24,147 nucleotides of DNA, from contig DASSKX010000344.1 in assembly GCA_035689925.1 (NCBI GenBank), positions 1-24,147 on the forward strand. Reading direction: 5' to 3'. Source of the stretch: Acidobacteriaceae bacterium. Its GTDB lineage: Bacteria > Acidobacteriota > Terriglobia > Terriglobales > Acidobacteriaceae. Made by a program: the position numbers and the translations under genes. How positions within the stretch are numbered: position 1 is the first letter of the stretch; every line of letters starts with the position of its first letter. Shown here piece by piece: positions 1 through 7,810 of this stretch. Under the pieces are notes generated by a model, which searched no databases, was not told the DNA's origin, and saw nothing but the letters and a program-made list of their open reading frames with translations.

Positions 1-786
1 CGCGAGGGAACGCTGACCGCCGCCGGCGAGCTGCTGCGCGGCTACGCCGAACGGCTGCTGCGCCTGCGGGGCGAGGCAGCGACCGCTCTCCAGGAATTGC
101 GCTCGCTGCAACGCGGCCAGCTCACCATCACCGCGAACGAATACACCTGTCTGTGGCTGCTGCCGGTGCTGGACAGCTTCCGCCGCGGCTATCCGCAGAT
201 CGGCGTCACGGTGCAGCGGTCGCTCGCGAGCCAGATCCCGGATCAGCTGCTCGAGCGTGCCATTGAGTTCGGCATTCTCTCGTTTCGTCCCGACAACGAG
301 CGGCTGAACGCGATCGAGGTGTACACGGACAGCGTCGCGTTCGTCGTCGATCCCCGGCATCCGCTGGCGAAGCGTGCGTCGGTGTCCATTCGCGATCTGG
401 GGCAGGAGAATTTCGTGGCGCACATCGTAGCGTCTCCGCTGCGGCGCCGCGTGATCGAAACCTTCGCCAGCCACGCAACGCCGTTGAACATGAGCGTGGA
501 GCTGCCCAGCCTGGAGGCGATCAAGCGCTTCGTGATGCTCGGCAACGGCGTGGCGCTGGTGCCCGGCCTCACCGTGCAGCCGGAACTCGCGCGCGGCGAT
601 CTGGTGCAGGTTGAAGTCCCGGAGCTGAAAATCGCGCGCCGCCTTTGGCTCGTGCACCGCAAGCCGGCGAGCCTGTCGCATGCGGGCGAAGCGTTTCTCA
701 GCGTCGTGAGAAATCTTGCCGTCGAACGAGGACATCCGTTCGCCTTTCGCGTCGAACAGGCGGAGGGCGCTTCGGCGCGCGAGTAA
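1..786 (+). CDS. LysR-family transcriptional regulator (5'-truncated by window edge)
   Basis: Frame is open from base 1 (REGTLTAAGELLRGYAERLL = end of LysR HTH and linker helix), followed by a substrate-binding domain with typical segments (LLPVLDSFRRGYPQI, SLEAIKRFVMLGNGVALVP); stop TAA 784-786. Confidence 0.9.
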   Translation, partial: REGTLTAAGELLRGYAERLLRLRGEAATALQELRSLQRGQLTITANEYTCLWLLPVLDSFRRGYPQIGVTVQRSLASQIPDQLLERAIEFGILSFRPDNERLNAIEVYTDSVAFVVDPRHPLAKRASVSIRDLGQENFVAHIVASPLRRRVIETFASHATPLNMSVELPSLEAIKRFVMLGNGVALVPGLTVQPELARGDLVQVEVPELKIARRLWLVHRKPASLSHAGEAFLSVVRNLAVERGHPFAFRVEQAEGASARE

Positions 787-934
787 CGACCTGCGGAACG
801 CTGTAGAAATGGCTCGCGGCAGGTACAATGACACGGTAGACATCCCATTGATGTTTGCTACTTCACGGAGCCTGGGAATGAACTGCCCGGGAGGGCGAAA
901 TCCCGCAGGGCGTTGTAAAGAGGTTGACCACCGA

Positions 935-1546
935 ATGAAGAAATCGCTGTTCGTGTTTGCTCTGCTGCTGCCGCTCGTCGCGGCGCCGTCTTTTGCGCAG
1001 GAAGCCCGTCAGGACATCAGCATCAGCGGGTCGATGCTCAACGCACCCTTCGCCTCCGGAAATGCGGTGCAGCTTCATGCGACGCCTGGTTACGGCGCGC
1101 TCGTGAGCTACCGCTACGACATCACCCCGCACGGCGCTCTCGAGCTGAATTACGCCTACCACCAGAACGTGCAGTACTACTCGTATCCCGCCGGCAAATA
1201 CCACATCCACGATCGGGCTCAGGAAATCTCCGGCGCGTACGTGTATTCCTTCTACTTCCGCAACCTGAATCCCTTCCTAGAGGCGGGGCCGGCTGCGATC
1301 ATGTTTTCACCCATTGACGATGCGAAGACCAACATCTTCGCCACTGACCTGAAGCGCAACACCGCAGTCGGCCTGCTGTACGGCGGCGGCATCGCCTACG
1401 AGATCAGTCCGAGCTTCGACATCCGGGCGGAGGTCCGCAGCCTGGTCGTGAAGACGCCCAGCTTCGGATACTCGGGGAACACGCTGCGCACCGGCGTCTA
1501 CTACAACATCGTCGATCCGACGATCGGCATCGCCTATCACTTCTGA
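935..1546 (+). CDS. Small outer-membrane beta-barrel protein (OmpA/OmpW-like, about 8 strands)
   Basis: ATG 935 after GAGG; signal peptide MKKSLFVFALLLPLVAAPSFA-Q; alternating aromatic strands (GALVSYRYD, LELNYAY, PFLEAG, GGGIAYEI); C-terminal Phe (GIAYHF), typical BAM signal. Confidence 0.8.
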   Translation: MKKSLFVFALLLPLVAAPSFAQEARQDISISGSMLNAPFASGNAVQLHATPGYGALVSYRYDITPHGALELNYAYHQNVQYYSYPAGKYHIHDRAQEISGAYVYSFYFRNLNPFLEAGPAAIMFSPIDDAKTNIFATDLKRNTAVGLLYGGGIAYEISPSFDIRAEVRSLVVKTPSFGYSGNTLRTGVYYNIVDPTIGIAYHF

Positions 1547-1562
1547 GCGCGGGCAGAAACAC

Positions 1563-1591
1563 AAAGGCCGGGCAGATTTGCCCGGCCTTTT
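1563..1591. terminator. Bidirectional intrinsic terminator
   Basis: Perfect 12-bp stem AAAGGCCGGGCA-gatt-TGCCCGGCCTTT with A/T tracts on both sides, between two convergent genes. Confidence 0.85.
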
Positions 1592-1612
1592 CTATTGCGC
1601 TCGAAGCTTGTC

Positions 1613-2230
1613 TTAATATCCCAGGAGTCTCCATGCGACGCCGATGCTGAAGCCGTTCGGAGTGAGACCGCTGCCGTGCGTGACGACCTGGCCTGTTGAG
1701 CTGAACGTTGGCGGCCCGGTAAAGGACGGCAGGAACTCGTAATCGTATTCGGCGCGAACCATCAGCCGATCGCTGAGGCGATAGTCCAGATCCGCACCGG
1801 GAGCGACAGCAAAATAGCTGCCCTTGAGGGTGCCGGCCTGCGGATAGCCCGGCGTCTGCAGCCACATGCCGCCCAGATTGAGTTTGCCGTGCAGCGACCA
1901 CGGCTCGTGGTGCCACAGGCGGTAGCGCGGCCCGACCGTGTAGCTGGATTCTTTCTGGCCCCCAACTCCGTGCCAGACCAGCCAGCGGGCATCGCCTTCG
2001 AGGCTGAGCTTATTCGTAAAACCAAGGTCAAAAAAGGCCGTGGGACCGTACAGGGTGTCGTGCCAGCACGTGAAGACGATGTTGGTGGAGCAGCCAAAGT
2101 CCGGGTTGTAAATCGAAACCTCACCGCCGGCCCAGAGTTTTCCCTGACCTCCAACGGCCGATCGCGGACTCTGTGCTGTCAGCAGGGTGGGAAGAAGGAA
2201 GAATGCCAAAAGCCCGATAGATTTCTTCAC
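1613..2230 (-). CDS. Small outer-membrane beta-barrel protein
   Basis: GTG start with GGAG upstream; signal peptide; amphipathic strands (LSLEGDARW, YTVGPRYRL, PGADLDYRL, VRAEYDYEF, GFSIGVAWR); Cys pair CSTNIVFTC. Confidence 0.75.
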   Translation of the reverse strand: MKKSIGLLAFFLLPTLLTAQSPRSAVGGQGKLWAGGEVSIYNPDFGCSTNIVFTCWHDTLYGPTAFFDLGFTNKLSLEGDARWLVWHGVGGQKESSYTVGPRYRLWHHEPWSLHGKLNLGGMWLQTPGYPQAGTLKGSYFAVAPGADLDYRLSDRLMVRAEYDYEFLPSFTGPPTFSSTGQVVTHGSGLTPNGFSIGVAWRLLGY

Positions 2231-2378
2231 TTTCAGATCTCCGGTACAGACAAAATGCGAACGTCGGCCGTTTGAGAAGACGCCCGCTTCATAAAACCCA
2301 CTGCGTGCGGGCGGGATGTGGCGAGCGAATCATTTTTGTCCGATCACCCGGTCACTTCCCGTCCATAATCGACCCCGG

Positions 2379-4163
2379 CTATTGCGGCTGGGGCTGAGCC
2401 TGCGGCTGAGACTGAGCATTGTTCGAAGGCTGCGCCGGACCGGCATCCGCGGAGGGCGGAGGTGCGGCGTTTCCGGCCGCCGGCGTCGCGTTCGCCGGTG
2501 CGGTGCCCGGCTGCTGATAACGCTCCAGCTTGTAGTAGACCGGCGTGATCTCCAGAGGCATCTTGTCGCGGGCATTCAGCAGGACCGGAGCCGTGAAATG
2601 CAGCTGGGTAACCTTGTCGTCCCAGGGATCAATCTTCAGGCGGCTGTTGAGCGGAAGCGCGGCGATCTGCTGCATGTTATCCATGTCCAGCTTCGGCGCT
2701 CCCTGCGTGAGGGCAGCGAGCCAGGGGGTACCGTCGGGGCGCATGATGGGATCGCCCAGGCGCGGGGTGAAGAGCGCAGGCAGGTCCTTTTCGCGGGCCT
2801 GCAGCTGTTCAAAGAAGAGGCCCACACCGGCGGCCTTGTCCTTGATGTAGGAGTGCTGGAAGAGCTCAACGCCCTTCTTCGCGGCGGACTCGTCATCCGG
2901 TATGGAGTGGTCCATCGTGATGCGCTGGAAGCTGGCTGAATCCGGGAAGAGCAGCCGGTCGTTGAAGGCGTAGCGCGTGTCGATGTGGTGGCCGAGCGCG
3001 ATGTGCGCCAGCTGGAACGAGAGCACCGCAACGAGCGATTCTTCGTTGGGGAGCACGTCGATCAGGCCTTTGCTCAGCAGGATGGTGTTCCCCACAGCCA
3101 GCGATTCCAGCGGTGCGGTCAGAATGACGCGGCAGTGCACTTCGCCGGGAAGCTGCAGGTTGTTGCTGATGATGATGTTGTTGGTGACCGTTTCGAGCAG
3201 CTTGTCGTAGTCGCTGACCGGGGCCACCAGACCTGCCTGGGTCAGGCGATCGAGCACATTGTTCTCAGCCTGAGAGATCCATTCGCGCTCGGCCTGGAGC
3301 GGACTCACGTCGCTGGAGTTCTCGCTTTGATCCTGCGCGTTTTCCACCATGATGGATTCGGAATCGGTCTCGCTGACCGGAAGCTTGAGCGAGTAGCCCC
3401 AGTAGAGCGTCTGGCCGCGGAAGCTCTGCGCCTTGCCCGTCGCGCCATGCAGCGTGTCTTCGATGTAGACCGCAGCCGGGGCCCACAGGCCGGGCTGCAG
3501 GTTCATGCGCCAGCTGTCGAAGTGGAAATAGTGCGAGGTGTCGTTGTTCGGGTTGTTGATATAGGTGCCGTTGAAGCGGACCAGATTGCCGTCCTGATCT
3601 TCAATCCAGATGCGCCCGATGAACCGGCCCACGCCGTTCTGCTTCGGCCGGACGTCAAACACCCAGGTACGCACCGTGCCGAGGAACTCGCGGCGGACGA
3701 ACTGGAAGTTGTAGTGCTGCTCGTCGTAGCTCGTCGGATCGAGAAACATCATCGACATGAAACCGGTCGGGGAGTTCTCGAGGTGAAAGGCCTTGGTCAG
3801 CTGAGAGACGAACTTCATGGAGCCGCCGAAGAAGCTGGTGTGCTCCTGCCGCATCGAGTACTCATCGGCAACAAAGGCTTTGCCGAAATCGACGCGCCCC
3901 ACCATGAACTGGTCCGACACCGGGATCTGATACAGGTGCGGATCGGGCCGCATGTTCTGGATATAGGTCTGCACAACCGGCGTGCTCTTCTCGATCTGGC
4001 GAATGACCGTCTTCTCGTGGGTCATCGATTCGTCGACCAGATGCTTCTGTTCCGGAGTAAGCGGGTGCAGAGGGAAGACTTCCCTGGGACGGTTCTTTTT
4101 GGCCTGAGCTGCAGGTATGGCGAGCACCAGGGCAATGCCGAAGATCATGCACTTACGAAACAT
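2379..4163 (-). CDS. Secreted protein: N-terminal LolA/MucB-like beta domain + M48 peptidase-like domain with degenerate zinc motif + Pro/Gln/Ala tail
   Basis: ATG 4163 preceded by AGGAG; signal peptide ending AAQA; M48-like segments (VILTAPLESLAVGNTILLSKGLIDVLPNEESLVAVLS-FQLAH-IALGH); beta-rich segment REFLGTVRTWVFDVRPK..GRFIGRIWIEDQDGNLVRFNG resembling lipoprotein-sorting (LolA-like) proteins. Confidence 0.7.
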   Translation of the reverse strand: MFRKCMIFGIALVLAIPAAQAKKNRPREVFPLHPLTPEQKHLVDESMTHEKTVIRQIEKSTPVVQTYIQNMRPDPHLYQIPVSDQFMVGRVDFGKAFVADEYSMRQEHTSFFGGSMKFVSQLTKAFHLENSPTGFMSMMFLDPTSYDEQHYNFQFVRREFLGTVRTWVFDVRPKQNGVGRFIGRIWIEDQDGNLVRFNGTYINNPNNDTSHYFHFDSWRMNLQPGLWAPAAVYIEDTLHGATGKAQSFRGQTLYWGYSLKLPVSETDSESIMVENAQDQSENSSDVSPLQAEREWISQAENNVLDRLTQAGLVAPVSDYDKLLETVTNNIIISNNLQLPGEVHCRVILTAPLESLAVGNTILLSKGLIDVLPNEESLVAVLSFQLAHIALGHHIDTRYAFNDRLLFPDSASFQRITMDHSIPDDESAAKKGVELFQHSYIKDKAAGVGLFFEQLQAREKDLPALFTPRLGDPIMRPDGTPWLAALTQGAPKLDMDNMQQIAALPLNSRLKIDPWDDKVTQLHFTAPVLLNARDKMPLEITPVYYKLERYQQPGTAPANATPAAGNAAPPPSADAGPAQPSNNAQSQPQAQPQPQ

Positions 4164-4258
4164 TCCTGACTCCTGACTTTCTTCCAGCGGGTACTGCCGG
4201 TGCCGGGATTCCCAGTGCGGTCCACGAAAAAAGCCGCACTGGGAATTGTGACCCGAGC

Positions 4259-5338
4259 TCACGCCATCTGGAAAGTGACGTGGATGATACTGACCTGATC
4301 CACGGGGTGGCCGTTCTCCGTCGCCGGCTTGAAGCGAATCCGCTCCGCTGCGACTTTGGCCTGCTCATCCAGGCCATGGCCAAGTCCGCTGACCACAGCC
4401 AGCACCTGAACCTGCCCGGACGCCAGGAAACGGACTTTGAGCGTGACGTCGCCCTCGATCCGCAGCCGGCGAGCTTCCGCCGTGTATTCCGGAAGCGGCT
4501 TCGACAGGACAACGATCGGGGTGGGGACGGACTCGGTCGGCCGCACCGGACGCGCGGTAGCGCTGCCGTACGGATCGCTGCCGAAACCGGCCTGTGCGAT
4601 CGTGCCCTTGCTGCCCGGCTTACCGGTGCCACCCACCACGCCGTCAGAGAATCCGGCGGAAGCGATGGTCCCGCGATCATGTCCTCCGGCAACGCCGTGT
4701 GCCACACCTGAACCGAACTCGACACCATGAACAGAGCCCGCGCGCGCAGCGCCCGCGCCCGTGGGACCAGATCCCGGAGCGGCATTGAAGTCACCGACTG
4801 CGGCGATCGTCGCCGGCCGGCTGGCGCTCGGGTTCGGCTTCGCGCCATTCGGATCGCCAAACCCGCCCGTCTTGATCGTCGGGTGCGACATGTTGTTCGC
4901 GACAGCGGTCGGAGTCACGCTCTTGAACAATCCAAGCTTCGGTTGCGGCGGAGGCGTGACGCGCTTCGGCGGCGCCGCTTCCATCTTCGGAAGCATCGGC
5001 GTCGGCATCTTCACTTCGGCAATCTTCGGCGGTTCCGGCTCCGGTTTCGGCAGCGAGAGCTTCGGAGTCTCGTGCATCGCGGGCGGCGGCGGAATGTATT
5101 TGATCTGCGGCGCCGGCGGTGGAATTGGCTTGGGCTGCTCGATCGGAAACACCAGTTGCGTAACGTACTTTTCCTGTTCGTGCACCTGGTGCACCTGAGC
5201 CATAGCCAGCAGCAGGGCCAGTCCTGCCACGGTGACATTCACAACCATGCTGGCGCCGAACGAGCCCATGCGCCCTTCGGGCTCGGGGAGGAGTCCAAAT
5301 CTGGCGGGTTGAGGATACGTGTAGTTATTCGTCGCCAT
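4259..5338 (-). CDS. tonB: Energy transducer TonB-family protein
   Basis: Single N-terminal TM helix, Pro-rich spacer, Gly-rich region, TonB_C domain (PEYTAEARRLRIEGDVTLKVRFLASGQV..GLGHGLDEQAKVAAERIRFKPATENGHPV). Confidence 0.9.
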   Translation of the reverse strand: MATNNYTYPQPARFGLLPEPEGRMGSFGASMVVNVTVAGLALLLAMAQVHQVHEQEKYVTQLVFPIEQPKPIPPPAPQIKYIPPPPAMHETPKLSLPKPEPEPPKIAEVKMPTPMLPKMEAAPPKRVTPPPQPKLGLFKSVTPTAVANNMSHPTIKTGGFGDPNGAKPNPSASRPATIAAVGDFNAAPGSGPTGAGAARAGSVHGVEFGSGVAHGVAGGHDRGTIASAGFSDGVVGGTGKPGSKGTIAQAGFGSDPYGSATARPVRPTESVPTPIVVLSKPLPEYTAEARRLRIEGDVTLKVRFLASGQVQVLAVVSGLGHGLDEQAKVAAERIRFKPATENGHPVDQVSIIHVTFQMA

Positions 5339-5818
5339 AATGCTTCAAAATCCCAACTGTGAGAGGTTCGACGGCTCCGCGATCATCGGCCCGGCGCAAG
5401 GATCTGCATTTGCACTTCTGAGACCAAATACCGTCTGGTCTCTCAGGCCCCTCGGGTACTGCTCCCACGCATCCGGCGAACAGGGGGCCAGGAAGAACCG
5501 GGAAATCGCGGGAGGTTACTGAATATGGTTACTTTTTAGCACACTTTGGGTACATTCTGTCCCTACAACTTTACGGTTGCTGCGCACCCTTCTTGGGTGA
5601 TTTCTTGTCTGACGCAGTTCCCGCTGCTTTCGTTTATTGAACCCTCAAAAATGAAAAAGGTGGCTCCCACAGGATAGTGTGGTTGTGCCATTCAGGCCAC
5701 CGCCGTCTGTGAAATCCTTTTGGATATATTGCAAAGGAAGGCTTCGTGTGGTTCGCCTGAGACCTGATCGGCTGAAAACAATCAGGCTGGCGGATCTGGA
5801 TTGCGGAGGAGGTACAGG

Positions 5819-6802
5819 TTGAAGATCCTCGTCACCGGGGGCGCGGGCTACGTCGGGGGCACGGTCGCAGCGATTCTTCGCGATCGCGGCCACGACGTCA
5901 CCATCTACGACAACCTTTGCCATGCGACCCGTTCCCTGGTGCCGCCCGGCACCACATTTATTGAGGGCGAACTCGCCGATCGCGACCATCTCGGGCGAAT
6001 CCTCCGCACAGGCTTTGATGGCGTGATGCACTTTGCCGCCCTCATCGAAGCGGGCGAAAGTATGGCCAAACCCGAACTTTACTTTCGTAATAACACAGCG
6101 GCGACGCTCTCGTTGCTGGAGTCCATGCTCGCGAGCGGCATTTCGAGGCTGGTGTTCTCCTCCACCGCCGCCGTTTACGGCGAGCCGGAGAGCACCCCAA
6201 TTCGCGAAGACGCGCCTCTGCGCCCGACGAATGCCTATGGCGAGTCGAAACTGCTCGTGGAAAAAATTCTCACCTGGATGTATCGCGTACACGGCCTTTC
6301 CTACGCCAGCCTGCGCTATTTCAACGTCGCCGGCGCGGCAGCCGACCGGGGAGAGGCCCATGAGCCGGAGTCGCACCTGATCCCGCTGATTCTCGACGTG
6401 GCGCTCGGACGGCGGCAGAAGATCATGATCTACGGCGACGACTACCCCACAGCGGATGGAACCTGCGTTCGCGACTACGTTCATGTGGAGGATCTGGCGG
6501 AGGCCCACCTCATGGCCTTCGAGGCCCTGGCCCAGGGCGGCCAGCGCATCTATAACCTGGGGAATGGAAGCGGCTTTACCGTGCGGCAAGTGATTGAATC
6601 GGCACGCCGCGTGACCGGACAGCCGATTCCCGTCGAGGTGGTGCCCCGGCGGCCGGGAGACCCGGCGATTCTGATTGCCAGTTCAGAAAAGATTGGCCGG
6701 GAGCTGGGGTGGAAGCCTCGCCACACCGAACTGGACGGGATTGTCGCCAGCGCCTGGGAGTGGCACCAGCGGCGTTACCTGGAAGCCCCCGCAAACGCCT
6801 AG
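5819..6802 (+). CDS. galE: UDP-glucose 4-epimerase GalE
   Basis: TTG start at 5819 after strong SD GGAGGAGG; KILVTGGAGYVG, HFAALI, FSSTAAVYG, YGESK (YxxxK), LRYFNVAGA, DGTCVRDYVHVEDLA. Confidence 0.93.
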   Translation: MKILVTGGAGYVGGTVAAILRDRGHDVTIYDNLCHATRSLVPPGTTFIEGELADRDHLGRILRTGFDGVMHFAALIEAGESMAKPELYFRNNTAATLSLLESMLASGISRLVFSSTAAVYGEPESTPIREDAPLRPTNAYGESKLLVEKILTWMYRVHGLSYASLRYFNVAGAAADRGEAHEPESHLIPLILDVALGRRQKIMIYGDDYPTADGTCVRDYVHVEDLAEAHLMAFEALAQGGQRIYNLGNGSGFTVRQVIESARRVTGQPIPVEVVPRRPGDPAILIASSEKIGRELGWKPRHTELDGIVASAWEWHQRRYLEAPANA

Positions 6803-6836
6803 CCTGCGGACAGGGCTTCCGCCATCGCCAGGCAGC

Positions 6837-7121
6837 TTACTTCTCGACCTCGACCCCGCGCCAGAAGGCGATGTGGTTCTTGATGTTACGTGCAGCAGGA
6901 TTTGGATTCGGATAGTACCAGGCGGCGTCCTGATTCTCCTGGCCGTCCACCAGCAGGCTGTAGTACCGCGCCTGTCCCTTCCACGGGCATGTTGACGTGG
7001 TGGAACTCGGTCGCAGATATTCGCGGTTCACTGCGCTTTCCGGGAAGTAGACGTTGCCCTCGACGGTCTCGTAAGTTTCACTTTCTGCAATAGTTTTTCC
7101 GTTCCAGACTGCCTTGGCCAT
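6837..7121 (-). CDS. DUF427 domain protein
   Basis: MAKAVWNGKTIAES..VEGNVYFP..STCPWKGQARYYSL..AAWYYP: characteristic DUF427 signature (CPWKG..A.YY, AAW.YP); ATG 7121. Confidence 0.88.
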   Translation of the reverse strand: MAKAVWNGKTIAESETYETVEGNVYFPESAVNREYLRPSSTTSTCPWKGQARYYSLLVDGQENQDAAWYYPNPNPAARNIKNHIAFWRGVEVEK

Positions 7122-7303
7122 CTCTCGCCTTTCAATCTCAACCTTCAACACATTAGCAGATGCGCGAACCCCTGCAAATGTCGCGGCTGCCACCCTTGCG
7201 ATGCGGACAGCCGGTTTGCGGAGTGGTTCCGGCCGCGAGCAACGTCCGGTTATGGACCCGCCCTTCTCACCTGTGCAAGGCTGGCGGCTCGGAGGTGTTT
7301 TCG

Positions 7304-7810
7304 ATGGCCACGAACGTCCAGCGGCGGACCGTTGACTTGTCCGCATTCCCCGACCTGGTAGTGATCTATCTCGGAATGCGCGTCAACCGCCTGACCGGGC
7401 TCAGGACCTTATTTGGCTTCGGGCCGCAGATCAGCAAGTCGGCGGCCGCTCGTCCCGACGGACTGCTCCGCCACGAGAACATCATGTATTCGCTCTTCCC
7501 CATGCACATCGGCATGCGGCAGTACTGGCGTGATATGGATGCGCTGCTGCGCTGGACGCGCTCCGACCCGCACCGCGTCTGGTGGCGAAACTTTCTGCGC
7601 GATTCCGGCGGCACAGGCTTCTGGCACGAAACGTACATGCGCCGCGGCGGCATGGAAGCGATCTACGACGACGTGCCGGTGCCGGTTGGCATGATGGCCT
7701 TCGCTCCGGTCATCCCGGCTCGGGGCGCGATGTTCGGGGCAACGCATCGGGCGGGCGCTGCCGCCGCCTCCGAACCTGTCCTGACGGAGCAGGACCTGTA
7801 CGGCGGCTAG
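7304..7810 (+). CDS. DUF4188 / monooxygenase af470-like (aldoxime-dehydratase-related) protein
   Basis: ATG 7304 after GGAGG; DLVVIYLGMR, RQYWRDMDALLRW, H..WW..F, GTGFWHETY..GGMEAIY match my recollection of DUF4188. Confidence 0.75.
   Translation: MATNVQRRTVDLSAFPDLVVIYLGMRVNRLTGLRTLFGFGPQISKSAAARPDGLLRHENIMYSLFPMHIGMRQYWRDMDALLRWTRSDPHRVWWRNFLRDSGGTGFWHETYMRRGGMEAIYDDVPVPVGMMAFAPVIPARGAMFGATHRAGAAAASEPVLTEQDLYGG

Noticed and set aside
889-906. CGGGA-gggcgaaa-TCCCG hairpin upstream of the first OMP, a possible c-di-GMP-type riboswitch
   Set aside because: Only a 5-bp stem; the GNRA tetraloop/receptor and second stem of the known motif are not found.
2379-2420. Short CAG/CCG-type repeats (QSQPQAQPQPQ)
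   Set aside because: Low-complexity protein tail, not a CRISPR or DNA repeat; no constant repeat-spacer pattern anywhere in the window.
5399-5414. AGGATCTGCATTTGCA with GG-N10-GC spacing, a possible sigma54 promoter
   Set aside because: The -24 element matches TGGCAC poorly and the site is about 400 bp from the next plus-strand gene. Other TGGCAC hits (5685-5690 minus, 7622) lack the -12 GC at the right spacing.
5395-5450. CTCTCAGG / GGGG..CTGAGA words reminiscent of glycine or TPP riboswitches
   Set aside because: The other conserved elements (GGAGA..CCGAAG for glycine; ACCTGAT..AATNCC for TPP) are missing or out of order.
5340-5522. 60-aa ORF in the tonB-galE gap
   Set aside because: No SD, no recognisable composition, and it overlaps the presumed tonB promoter/leader on the opposite strand.
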